NCBI GenBank assembly: GCA_951406725.2
Contig: OX597821.1
Span: 25,048,001-25,112,000 of the forward strand
DNA from: Octopus vulgaris
Lineage: Eukaryota
DNA: 64,000 nt
Reading direction: 5' to 3'
The first letter of the stretch is position 1; each line of letters starts with the position of its first letter. The position numbers were made by a program, and so were the translations under genes. The notes under the pieces are model-generated. The model was given only the letters and a program-made list of their open reading frames with translations. It was not told where the DNA came from and did no database searches. Below, piece after piece: positions 49,998 to 62,566 of this stretch.

Positions 49998-50442
49998 AAA
50001 CTAATTCCCTAATATTCCTAATATTATTATTATTATTATAATATACATATATAAATATACACACACATATATATATATATATATTGTTTCTATACAGCAT
50101 AGTGTATAGTTCATATACTGCTGTATACCTGCACTTTTAATTACATAAAAGATATACAGCTGTGACTGACAGACAAGACAGCTATTCTAGTTACAGCCTG
50201 TGTGGACTGTCAGAAGACAGCGGTTCCATCCACAGCAACAGCATTGTTGCTGTTTTTGGGCCCAAGTCTGACTACACAAAACCTATAGTCACACCAGTTG
50301 TGACCACCTTTTTCTTTTAATATCTTGTACTATTATTAGTACCACCACTACTATACCATCTACTACTATTTGCACCATAGCTACACATTCTACTACTGTT
50401 AGTACCACTACTAACGTTATTACTGTACTGCACACCATTAGT

Positions 50443-50667
50443 GTATTTCTTTACTACCCACAAGGGGCTAAATACAGGGGGGACAAACAAGGACAGACAA
50501 AGGGATAAAGTCGATTACATCGACCCCAGTGCATAACTGGTACTTAATTTATCGACCCCGAAAGGATGAAAGACAAAGTTGACCTCGGCGGAATTTGAAC
50601 TCGGAACGTAACGACAGACGAAATACAGCTACGCATTTCGCCCAGCGTGCTACCGTTTCTGCCAGCT
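50443..50667 (-). mobile_element. Family A SINE (young) with 10-bp TSD
   Basis: TSD caccattagt at 50433-50442 and 50668-50677. Confidence 0.85.
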
Positions 50668-50879
50668 CACCATTAGTAGTGCCATCACTACAATACTAAT
50701 GCTAGAGTAAAACAACTCCAGTACACATTAGTATCACAGTATTCTTGCACCAATATAAGAGCATCACCACCAGCTAGTACTACATAACCCATGTGAGAGT
50801 AAAACACTACATTACTACCACACCACTTTCATCACCACCATCATTATCACTACCTTGCTATCACCATCCCAGAAGAGGG

Positions 50880-51080
50880 TATCCAAGAGCACTTGATCTG
50901 CTAGAAATAGCAAGCAAATCCCTGTAAAGTACACCCTACTGTTATAAAAAAAAAAAAAAAAGCCTTGTCAATAATGTTGTCCTAAATACATTAGGTCAAA
51001 ATAAAAGATGGAATAGTCACAGTTGGAACGTCTTTGTTCATAGGTCTACTGGATCAGAGTTGACCTGGGGCTAAACAACT
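50880..51080 (+). repeat. Dispersed repeat family E (ctagaaatagcagccaaatc...gacctggggctaaacaac); other copies ~17590, 29700-30270, 41010(-), 51270(-), 54460(-), 60720(-), 63370
   Basis: Recurrent shared motifs ending in a (caa)n-like tail; class uncertain. Confidence 0.6.
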
Positions 51081-52254
51081 TTGAAAATCCAGTCAGTAAT
51101 AGTAGGGGAGACAAGAAAATGTAGTTTTCCTATCTACATTAGGTATGCTTGGACAGCTCTTGCAGCAGCAGCAGCAGCAGCAGTAGTATTGGTGGTGGTG
51201 GTGGTGGTGGTGGTGGTGGTGAGTCAGTGATGCTGCTTGCCACTAACACAACCATGAATTCTTGCTACTGTTTAACCCTAGGTCAGCCCTGATCAAAGGC
51301 ATTCCAGCCATTCCCTCTTGCTTTCTCTGTGCATCAGGGACTACATTGTCCCATTGCATCACTGTCTATTTTATATAAGATGGTGTGATTTGAGGGAGAC
51401 TTGGCTACTATCTCTAGCAGGTCGAGTGACTGCACAGTTGCTCACTTGGAATAGCAGTAGAGTTGGCAATGGTGATGATGATGATAGAAAAGGTAGCAGG
51501 ATCATGGATATAGATCAATATATGATTGGCAGCAGTGATAATAGTGGTTGTGGTGATAGTATTTGCAACAGCAGCAGCAGCAGTAGTAGTAGTAGTAACA
51601 GATCAATAGATATTGTAAGATGTATAACTCCCATGATGCAGTGCAATGATGACAATGCAGAGAGGAGGAGAGTGAGTCATTGTTGTGTGCATGAATGTGT
51701 ATGTGTGTGTGTGTGTTCACATGTGTGTGTGTGTTCACATGTGTGTGAATAAATATTTGTGTGCATGTATGTGTACATTAACATACACATAACCATACAA
51801 AGAGTTTGAACCACAGTGTAAACAGTACACATACTACACACATGTATGCGTGTGCATACAGAGAGAAAAATGCATGGGTAGAGGAATAAATGAACTATCT
51901 TGGCCTAATAACTAACAGATTGTGCTGACCTTTTTATGGCCATATTTCTAAGAAAATTAGAGGGCCTACATGCCACAATTAACTGTGAAAATAATTCATG
52001 GATGATTTACAAACTTTTTAAATGTATATTGGTACATTAAGGTGATGTTTGGAATACTGTAAAACAAAAATGACATATTTACCTCCTGAAATGCAACATT
52101 ATCATTAAGAATTTGACTAAATTATTAAATATGAAGTCTTGTGTATGAGCAAACTCAGGCAGCTTGGTATTAAAAGGGCTAACCCTTTTGTTACCATATT
52201 CCTGGTGAAATACACCCTTTTTATTTAAATTAACTTCAAAAATAATAAAGAATA

Positions 52255-52380
52255 GGCGCATGGTTCCGGGTTCAATCCCACTGCGTGGCATCTTGAGTAA
52301 GTGTCTTCTGCTATAGCCCCGGGCCGACCAATGCCTTGTGAGTGGATTTGGTAGACGGAAACTGAAAGAAGCCTGTCGTA

Positions 52381-52445
<65 letters not shown>

Positions 52446-52658
52446 TTGTATGTCTGTGTTTGTTCCCCTAGCATTGCTTGACAACCGATGCTGGTGTGTT
52501 TACGTCCCCATCACTTAGCAGTTCGGCAAAAAGAGACCGATAGAATAAGTACAGGGCTTACAAAAAGAATAAGTCCCGGGGTCGAGTTGCTCGACTAAAG
52601 GCGGTGCTCCAGCATGGCCGCAGTCAAATGACTGAAACAAGTAAAAGAGTAAAGAGTA
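52255..52658 (+). mobile_element. Family B SINE inserted in a piggyBac-type MITE (52178-52790)
   Basis: Consensus match; flanks begin aacccttttgttacc and end gggttaa. Confidence 0.8.
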
Positions 52659-55580
52659 ATATAGTAAAACAATTTATCATTATTAAGCTGGTAGTTTTTA
52701 ACACAAATTAACGAGAAATTTTACTTTAAATCACTTCAAAATCAGAAGTTTGTACCATAGAAGCAAGGGGAGCATCAGGTGGGTTAAATGTAATAAATGG
52801 CTCAGAGACAGTGTTGAGGTAACTTACTATAATACTTACCAATTGTGTTGACCGATGGCTACAGCAGAAATAGGGATAAGTTACAAGTATTACACAGTGT
52901 TGACCACTAGCCTGTCCAAAGAGTAATGAAGTAGAGATGACTACTATCACAGTGTGTGTTGACCAGTGGCCTGAGTAGAGAGCAATGAGGTGGATGACTA
53001 TTACACTGCACCTATCAGGGACCTGAATATAGAGTGGTGAGGTAGCTGACTACTATCACACTGTGTCCATCAGTTTCAGGTGGGTGAATGGTATGATACT
53101 TTGTTTTCAAATACAAAACTGAGAATGAGATAGATGGTAACAGCAGCAGGTTCAGAGGAGACTTAGGGCAGTAGTTATTGTAGAGCCCCAATTAGCTCTT
53201 TGAAAAGATCCTGGTACACAATCAGCTGGTCAAATATCTCAGTGTGGTTCACATGAGGTCAACCAATTTCTTTTTGAAACCCACACTATAAAGCTAGGGT
53301 GGTGAATTACTTTGTAGAACACAGTGTAATAGACTGGACAATTTGTTTTTGAAACAGAGCACCACAGTTGTCTTTCAGGCTAAACATCCTAACACAAAAG
53401 AAGAAATCAACACACCCTGAAGCCATTCCTTATTGTCAAGCAGAGGCTTTTCAACCATATTATTTTAGAATATCTTTAAATTCCAACTAAAACCTTGACA
53501 TATCAGAACTGCTGAGTTTTCATTTATCTGATTTAATTTTGACTTCTCACACAAGGCCACAAACTTTTAAAGAAAGAGTTGTTGTCAAAGGAATCAACGA
53601 AGCATGTAACTGATAATTCATCCCAGACAGATGAAAAAAGAAAAAATGACATTGATGAAATTTGAACTCAGAACTAAATACTATAATGCATTTAAAGCAG
53701 CATGCTACAATTTTTGCCATTAAACCACCTGCATTTGATATAATATTTACAGTTATCAAACAATTGTTGGAGTTTTTTTTACTGTATTTATTTCCAGTTT
53801 CTTCCTTCTGGTGTTTTTCCTGACACTTTCTAATACCATTTTGTATGAACAAAACAGCAATCCCAGTCTTTTAAAAATCCAAACAATTACTACAACAAAT
53901 TCCATAATAATGTCGTAGTTAACAAGTAGAGTTTCCATTAGTAGGCAGCTGAGTTATACAGGAATATAAAACAAAAACTGTTCATTTACTGAAGAGATTT
54001 TGCAACATAATGCCAAGACATATGATACATAGAACAGTGGTTGGTCAGGAAGTGAGAAGGCCCCATATAACATCATAAGAACACACAACAATGGAACAAA
54101 GACATAAATCATTGTACCAATAGTTATTAGCTATTAAAGTAACAGGTTTAGCTCAGAGTGAAAGATAGGAAGGTAGCTGTCTACCCAGAAATATTGATCA
54201 TTAATTGATGCTGCTTCAGCTGACATTCAGCTACAGTCGAGAAAATATTTCACATCACAGAAACATCGCACTGAACCACCACAATGATATCTGAAGAAAC
54301 TTGAGATTTACACAGAAGCTGATCTAAGTCATCAAGATGCAAACAGTTTTAAGACACACCAGGATCTTACGAAGGACAATGAACTACAGCAGGAAAACCA
54401 GTATGATTTAATGTTTGTTAGATAAAGATAAATCTCAGACTAAATATGATATCAAATTATTGTTGTTTATCTCCAGGTCTGCCTTGATTCAGCAGACCTA
54501 TAATAAAATATGTTCTGGCCATGACCACCTTTTCTTTTATACAGACTACACTATTCAATGCAGTCTTCTTTGAAGAGAACAAATAGCATGAGATTTCAGA
54601 GAGTCAACTGTTATCCTTAGCAAGTTAAATTACTACATAAATGTTCCTTTGTTATTTCATAAGACCAAACCAACCAACTCATAGTTCCAAGTGATTTGAA
54701 CTCTATTCCAGACAGCTAGGTGACATGAAACATGATCAATAAACTATTAAATATACGTAAATGATTCCTAAATCCTTGAGGAGCTGTTTGTTCAAGTCTC
54801 TTGACTTAAAGCAGATTTGAAAGAAATTTTTCTATTCATGGAACACCAGTGTCAGAATAGTCAGGTAATACATGGTTTTACCCCTCTGACCTTTCCTTTC
54901 ATTGGTCATGTGTTTCTTTTAAGACCAATGCTACCTCATTAGGACGACAGTGATGATGATGATGATGATCTGTTTAATAAATTAAGCTTCTGAAGAGAGC
55001 TGTGATATTTAAAGAAGATAGAAATTGCTTAACAATAGAAACATTAAAACTGTCTATAATTTTTCTTTTATAAATCACTTGAAAGCTTCTCAGATACAGA
55101 TAGTGAGGAAGAAAGAGATGGAGAAGACAGACAGACAGATAGATAGATAAAGAATGAGTAATAAGATCTACTGTTTAACTTTGACAGCTGAGACAAAAAT
55201 TTGTTAATTTTCGCCACTACTTCAATGAATGTGCATCCACCATATAGCTGGACTTATTTCTACATTTGTCTCCATTCACCTCTCCTGTGCAGATTGTTAA
55301 TAAATCATGAGAAGAAACATGGTACACAGAGAAAGCAGTATCACAGAAGTAGGTGATATGAAAATTGAAAAAGCGATGGGCAAATTAACATTTTAATAAA
55401 ATCAAAAGGTATAGAGATGGCTGATGGTAAGAAGTTTCCTTCATCCTTCCCAATGACATGGTTTGGGGTTCAATCCCAGTGTTGCTGCACAAGTGTCTTG
55501 TACTATAGCTCCAGGTCAGCCAAAGCCTTATGAATGGATTTGATAGGCTGAAACTGAAAGAAGCCCATCATACATATATA

Positions 55581-55957
55581 GGCACAGAAGTGGCTTTGTG
55601 GTAAGTAATTTGCTTACCAGCCACATGATTCCAGGTTCAGTCCCACAGCACAGCATCTTGGGCAAGTGTCTTCTGTAGCCTCGGGTTGACCAAAGACTTG
55701 TGAGTGGATTTGGTAGATGGAGACTGAAAGAAGCCCGTCGTCTATATATATATATGTGTGTGTTTCTGTGTTTGTCCCTCCAACATCGCTTGACAACTGA
55801 CGCTGGTGTGTTTACTTCCTGTAACTTAGCAGTTCGGCAAAAAAGGCCGATAGAATAAGTACTAGGCTTACAAAGAATAAGTCCTGGGGTCGATTTGTTC
55901 AGCTAAAGGCAATGCTCCAGCATGGCCGCAGTCAAATGACTGAAACAAGTAAAAGAA
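55581..55957 (+). mobile_element. Family B SINE
   Basis: Consensus match; partial head copy just upstream (55415-55570). Confidence 0.8.
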
Positions 55958-56540
55958 ATATATATCTATATATATACACACACACACATGTCTATGTGTG
56001 TGCACACTACTGTCTTCACATCACATAATAGTTGTAAACGAATGTCCCTGTTAGGCAAGTGGTGTTCTGCATTTGCAATCTTCCATGAAAGCATGTTTGG
56101 TCAAAGAGAAATATAGGTTTCAAATTTTGGCACAAGGCCAGCAATTTCAGGGAAAAGAGTAAGTTGGTGTAACCAGCCCCCAATGTTTAACTGGTATTTA
56201 TTTTATTGACCTTCGACAGGATGAAAGGCAAGGTTGATCTCAACAGAATTTGAACTCAGAACGTCTAAACAGAAGAAATGTTGCAACGCGTTTTTCCCAA
56301 TGCGCTAACAATTCTGCAAGCTCACTGCCAGAAATATTACCTTACTTGAAAACAGGTGAAGGTTGGTGACAGGAAGGGCATCTAGCCATAGAAAGTCCAC
56401 CTCACGAAAATTACATCTTATCCATGCAAGCATGGAAAAGTGGATGTTATAATGATGATAAAAAGGATTTTAAACTTTTAAACTTGTCCAACGCCATCAT
56501 AAAGAAAAAAAGAATCATATGGTTACAGGTGTAGGCATGG

Positions 56541-56778
56541 CATCATCATCATTGTTCGACCGTGGTCGAGACAATGGAATTTACCATGCTACGCCAGACT
56601 TCACGGTCCATCATGGCATTACGGAGGTCCTGTTGCTGGATGCCTGTATCCCTGGAGATTACATCAGGGTAGGAGAGTGTGCGCCCTCTGGTATTGCGAG
56701 TAGACGGCTTCCAGAGGAGAAGAGTAGAAATTACCTCTTTTTCAGCTCTACAACAATGTCCAGCAAACTGGACTCTCC
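56541..56778 (-). mobile_element. Non-LTR retrotransposon (RTE-related) 3' end nested in a SINE head
   Basis: RRVQFAGHCCR...LLLWKP...RGRTLSYPDVI...AMMDREVWR then (tga)n. Confidence 0.75.
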
Positions 56779-57463
56779 TACCTGGCATGGCAGTGTGGTA
56801 AGAAGCTTGCTTCCCAACCCTCTGGTTCCAGATTCAGTCCTACAGCATAGCACCTTGGGTAAGCATCTTCAACCAAAACCTCGTGAGTGGATTTGGTAGA
56901 CAGAAGCTGAAAGAAGCCCTTCATTTGTGTGTGTGTGTGTGTGTGTGTCTGCTCATACCTTTCTTTGTGTTTGTCCCCCATAACTGCTTGACAACTGGTG
57001 TATTTATATCCTAGTTTAACAGCTCAGCAAAGGAAACCAACAGAGTAAGTGCCAGGCTAAAAAAAAAGTTCTGGGGTCAATTCATTTAACTAAAAACTCT
57101 TGAAGGTGGTGCCCCAGCATGGCTGCAGTTTAGTAACTTTCATTAATACAGAGATGGGAGAGAAAAATATTCCCCTCCACCTTTTATTTTGTATCTGATA
57201 TTTGTCAGTTTGTGAGTTAAAGCTGTAAGGGACATGTAATGTTGAAGGACACAATGTATGGAAGGAATGCAGTACATAAACTATAAACACCACATCACTA
57301 GACACAGTGTGATTGTTAATTTTCATGGCTGTGTGGTAAGAAGTTTGATTCCCAAACACATAGCTTCAGGTTCAATACCATAGTGTGGACAAGTGTCTTC
57401 CATAACCATGGGTTGACCAAAGCCTTGTGAGTAGGTTTGGTAAACACAAGCTGAAAGAAACAC

Positions 57464-57502
<39 letters not shown>

Positions 57503-58519
57503 ATGCATATGTGTATCTTTGTGTTTGTCCCCACCACTGCTTGACAACCGGTGACTAAAACCCTTCAGGGTGGTGCCCAGCTTGGCTAGTCAAGGCTCAC
57601 AGAGAAATATTAGAACTGGTACATTTATTCACACAGTATGTATCTTTGGTAGTTTCACATAAAAGTATAAATCTAATAATGTATAGCATCATAAATACAA
57701 GTGATACGATCAAAAATATGCATATAAAGCAGTGTTTCTCATGGTGGTGGTGGTGGTGGTAGGGGGGGAGGCAGGTGAGGATAGAAAAGAAGCCAAAGAA
57801 AATTGGTGTAATTAATGAAATAATACTTGTATGAAGCCATGGTAAAGAAAGAACTACATGGATGCAAACTGTTTTGTTTTCTTGTTAATACAAAGTTGGG
57901 TGGGGAATTTTCACAAAGCTCTTGGTGATGGGGCTGGAGAAGTATTTTTCAATTTGTAAATCATTGATGTAATGCAGTAATTACAAATACTTAATGATTG
58001 CTTAATTCAACAAAACATTAAAAAAATCTTTTATACATACATACGATGATGATGATATATAGGGTGTTAGAAACAGTGAAACATTGCAGACTATTGTTTA
58101 TATTTTATAACACCCTAGTCATATTTAGTGACAATTATAATTCTCCTTTTTCGTGAAACCTTGCAAACTGCTGTTTATATTAATTTTATTTATGTATATA
58201 TATATATACCAGCAAACACACCTGTCCTTTGGATGGTTTAAGTTGCTTTGCTGGTATTTCCTTCACCAAATAATCGAATTACCAAGAAGGTTTATGAATA
58301 GCATGGCAATCTACGTTTCTGATTAACCTAGGAACGGAAAATCAAATTGAAGGCCGGTTATTGTGGAGGTCATTGCACTTTAATGATCATACAACATATA
58401 AGTTTGCAAGCGGTAGAGCTAGTGATGTGTTTTGAGAGTAGATTGCGGATAATGATTACAAAATATAATTGCTTTACATGAAAATGAAATTTCTTGTCAG
58501 AAACAACCACATAAATGGT

Positions 58520-59269
58520 GTAATGAAATTGAAATGAGACATTGGAACTTCCCCTCTGCGAGTTTATTTTTTTCAACAGAAAAGGGAGCTATTTTTTCAG
58601 AGAGATAAGCTAGCAAAAGCCCCTTTATTCCATCTTGGTACATGTACATCAATATGAAGCAGCGTAAGGAATGGCTTAGCCCCGGTAAACAAGCGACACC
58701 GCGCGTGGAACAAGATCTTCATTCACGTAAAAAGATGTTGTGTATACGGTGGGACTGGGAAAGGATTATCCATTATGAATTGCTTGAACGGAACCAAACG
58801 GTCAACGCGGAACTTTATATTCAACAGATGGAACGACTCAACATGGCTATTCAAGAGAAAAGACCTAATCAGCAGCATGGAGTTCTTCTGCTGCACAACA
58901 ATACCCACCCTCATATCGCCAATATGACCATGGAAGCCATTCAAACGCATGGCTGGGAAGTGCTGCCACACCCGCCACTCTCTCCTGATTTGGCACCAAC
59001 GGATTTCCACCTCTTTCAATCTCTTTCAAACGCTATGCGCGGAATTTCATTCAATACTGATACAGAAGTGAGAGCTTAGTTGGATCAATTTTTTAAGTTG
59101 AAATCGGGTGATTTCTACCAACGAGGTATTGAAAATCTTGTAGAACGTTAGGAAGAAGTTGTAAACAACAAGGGTGAATACATTATTGATTAATTAGTTG
59201 TTGTTTTTTATTAAACCTTTAAAAAATTTTTAATTTTAAAAAACAGCAGAAACTTAGTTGCCAACTCAA
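58520..59269 (+). mobile_element. Mariner transposase pseudogene (catalytic half) with right TIR
   Basis: KKMLCIRWDWERIIHYELL...LLHNNTHPH...WEVLPHPPLSPDLAPTDFHLF; in-frame stops; ends aacttagttgccaactcaa|TA. Left TIR not seen. Confidence 0.85.
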
Positions 59270-59377
59270 TATATTCAGAAGTAGTAGCGTAGTTGAACAA
59301 GTTCTCAGCTGGAGTCGGTGTCAGTTACGTGATCTATACAAGTTCAAGTTACCGTTGAGGAACATGTTACAAAGCCG

Positions 59378-59792
59378 GGATCTTTTCGGTTTGAATGACA
59401 GTTTTTTCTAGTGGTGTATATGAAATTGTCACCCATAATTATGACCCTAGTATTGATCTATTGCATTTCAATCTGGGTTAGGGTTAGCAGTGGGGGGAAG
59501 GGTATATTTTTTTCTTCACAAATGTAAATAAACCCAATCTGTTTCTTAAACGAGGGACATATTCATACGGCACAGAATGTGTTTTTTTTTTTACCTCAAT
59601 GGACGTCATTGATTGGTTGAAATTGCAGAAATTGAAGAAAAAACAACAAATATCTTACAAACTACAGAAATTTCTCAATAAAGCCAAGAGAAAAAGATGT
59701 TTTATAAACACATTCTACCAGTATACGAAGTTTAAAATTTTTTAGTTACCTAGAAATTATGTTAAAAACTGCCGTTCAAACCGAAAAGATCT
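59378..59792. mobile_element. Non-autonomous TIR element with 8-bp TSD (Merlin- or hAT-like)
   Basis: TIRs ggatcttttcggtttgaatgacagttttt / aaaaactgccgttcaaaccgaaaagatct; TSD caaagccg at 59370-59377 and 59793-59800; related right-end fragment 16270-16491. Confidence 0.8.
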
Positions 59793-60200
59793 CAAAGCCG
59801 TCTTGTGGAGATAGCACGATAGATGAGACAAAGATAAGACGCAGAATACCACCACAACATAATAGTAACAAGAAATATTACAGTGCCCACAACAACATAC
59901 AGCTGGATGAGGATCCACATTATAGCAATAATAACAACAATCCTTTCTACTAATAAAGCTCTGGTTCAAGAACAGGTGTCAGCATTGTTTTTCAAGTTGA
60001 TAGAGTACAAATTTGAAGCCCGTAAATTTTAAGGGCAGTATGTCTCAAATTAAGTTAAGAGGGCCTCTTCTGAGGATGAATCAAAATAATTAGATGTAGG
60101 TCAACACATACACTTAAACACCAGATATTTTTATCAGTACATCTAGGCTAATGGACATGTGGGTTGTTTCTGGATTAGAAAAAAAAAATTAATTATCTAC

Positions 60201-60720
60201 CTGCCTGGGGGCCATAGGTGAACAAAGCTGATGACATATACTCAGGGACAAGCGACATAAACATACAGCAAAGACGAGAGCCGCTTGACTTGCTAAAAAT
60301 AATAGGCAAGTCTCTTTCGCATCACACCCTACTGACTTTATTAAAAGGTCGGGTTGAATAGATAGTTGGCAGGCGGGGAAGAAAAAGGGAAAATAAATAA
60401 GTAAAAAATAAAACAGCATTGTCATGACTGAAACCCTTGTTTGAAAAAGTCTACAGGATCAAAGGTCACCGGGGGCAAAACAGTGGTAGCTTCAACAATA
60501 TCAACAACAGAAGCAGCAGCAGCAGCAACCAAATTTAACAGGTAAACAGGTTTTTCTTCACAAACAATCCGGAAATAAATCGAGGTGACAGTATATATAA
60601 TTAATAAAAAAAACATTTCACTAAATAGCAAATTCCGAGAGTGAAAGAACACAAACAATTATTTTAAACTGTCTGCAGGTCATTATGTAAAATATGCGAC
60701 CGATAAAAATTACAGCCGTT
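60201..60720 (-). promoter_or_regulatory. Candidate first exon / promoter region of RB1CC1
   Basis: Non-repetitive and visibly richer in CpG than the surrounding introns; CAG|gtagat donor at 60201/60200. The 5' boundary is unknown. Confidence 0.4.
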
Positions 60721-61200
60721 GTTATTTAAGCCCCGAATCAGTCAACTCTGATCCATTAAATTTTTGATCAAAGACGTTCCAACTGCATGACCATCCCATC
60801 TTTTATTTAGATATGGTTCGCTTTATTTATTATTTTTTTAAAGATAGTATGGTTTAGTTTTTAATTTGTGAGAGAGATGTAGCTGCTATTTTTAGTTGGT
60901 CCAGCAACTATGTAGAGACAACTTCGTTCGGTCAACAGAATTCGCTCAATTAGTCAATAGAATCGACCTTTTATATTCAACTTTATTAATTCTATTGAGA
61001 GACTAAATCAAATTACAAGAGGGTTTCATTTCACAACGTATCTGGTAGGAACTACCATACAGTGTAAGGCATCTAGTTTCTTTGCCAACTAAACAGGCCA
61101 CAAATATTACTGATAGCTTTTTCATTGATCACCATCTCCTCGCCAAATAATTGCAGACAAGATTCAACTCATAACATAAAGAGACATAATTAATATATAT

Positions 61201-61565
61201 AGGCAGAGGTGGGGGGGGGGGGGGTAAGAAGTTCGTTTCCCAACTACATGGTTCTGGGTTCAGTCCCACTGCGTGACACCTTGGGAAGTGTCTTCTATTG
61301 TAGCCTTAGGCTGACTAAAACCTTCTGAGTGGATTTAGTAGGTGGAAACTGAAAGAAGCCAGTCGTATGTGTGTGTCTTTGTGTATACATTTGTCCCCCA
61401 GCACCACTTGATGACCGGTGTTGGTGTGTTTACATCCTCGTAACTTAGCAGTTCGACAAAAGTGACAGAATAAGTACCAGGCTTTACAAAATGGCAATAA
61501 GTTCGACTAAAAATTCTCCAAGGTAGTGCCCCAGCATGGCCGCAGTCTAATAAACAAGTAAAAGG
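61201..61565 (+). mobile_element. Family B SINE
   Basis: Consensus match, diverged. Confidence 0.75.
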
Positions 61566-61904
61566 TAAAAGTTAATAACTGAATAAATCTGATGTATACG
61601 GCTCTACCATAATTACTGGTACCTTTATTTCATTATTGAGCACCAATGAATCACATGAGGGATTGAAGACAAAGTCACCTTAAGGTGGGTATAAATTCAG
61701 AACATAAAAAAAGGATATAACAAAACAGAAAAATTCATTTCGTCTAACACAATCATTTCTGCTACTTTACTATCTCTTTCATGATCATCATCATCATCAT
61801 CATCATTCATTTAGCGTCCGTTTTCCATGCTAGCATGGGTTGGACGGTTCAACTGGGGTCTGGGGAGCCCGAAGACTGCACCAGGCCAGTCAATAATAAT
61901 AATA

Positions 61905-62122
61905 ATAATCCTTTCTACTTTCGGCACAAGGTCTGAAACTTTGGGGCGGGTGCTAGTCGATTACATCGACCCCAGTGCACAACTGGTAATTATTTCATCA
62001 ACTCCGAAAGGAGAAAAGGCAAAGTTGATCTCGGCAGAATTTGAACTCAGAGCGTAAAGACAGACAAAATGCCGCTAAGCATTTTGCCCAGCATGCTAAC
62101 AATTCTGCCAGCTCATCACCTT
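61905..62122 (-). mobile_element. Family A SINE
   Basis: Reverse complement of the family A head and core; further copies ~27260(-), 29461(+), 56115(-), 63775(+). Confidence 0.75.
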
Positions 62123-62241
62123 ATTTTTAATAATAATAATAATGATTTCTAACAGTGGGCTGACCAAAGCTTATGAGTGGATTTGGTAGATGGAAACTGA
62201 AAGAAGCCCACTGTGTGTGTGCATGTGTGCATGTATGTATG

Positions 62242-62286
<45 letters not shown>

Positions 62287-62445
62287 GACTACCCATGACC
62301 CGTTAGGTCACCAGAGAAGTTTGAGTTTCCTACCAATGGAGTTTTGTTTCATGGGTTTTTTTTTCCTTTTCCATGTTATTTTGCATGCTTTCAATGAATA
62401 TAACAACAAAATCATGCTTCAGCAGCTCCTTTCCCCAGAAAAGGA

Positions 62446-62566
62446 AAGATTTGGCTGCTATTTCTTGCATGCACTGCTACCATGTAACACAGAAACTTCG
62501 GGTCCTTTAATAACAAATAGCTGTTACGTAGTAGCAGGGCGTGATAGAAATAGCAGCCAAATCTTT
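62446..62566. repeat. Inverted repeat, ~43-bp arms made of the family E motif
   Basis: aagatttggctgctatttc...catgtaaca / tgttacgt...gaaatagcagccaaatctt. Confidence 0.75.

Noticed and set aside
51318-51752. 144-aa ORF
   Set aside because: Made of family E repeat plus trinucleotide and GT microsatellites.
58642-59079. Active or domesticated transposase (SETMAR-like)
   Set aside because: N-terminal half missing, catalytic Asp of HDNA altered (HNNT), and in-frame stops.
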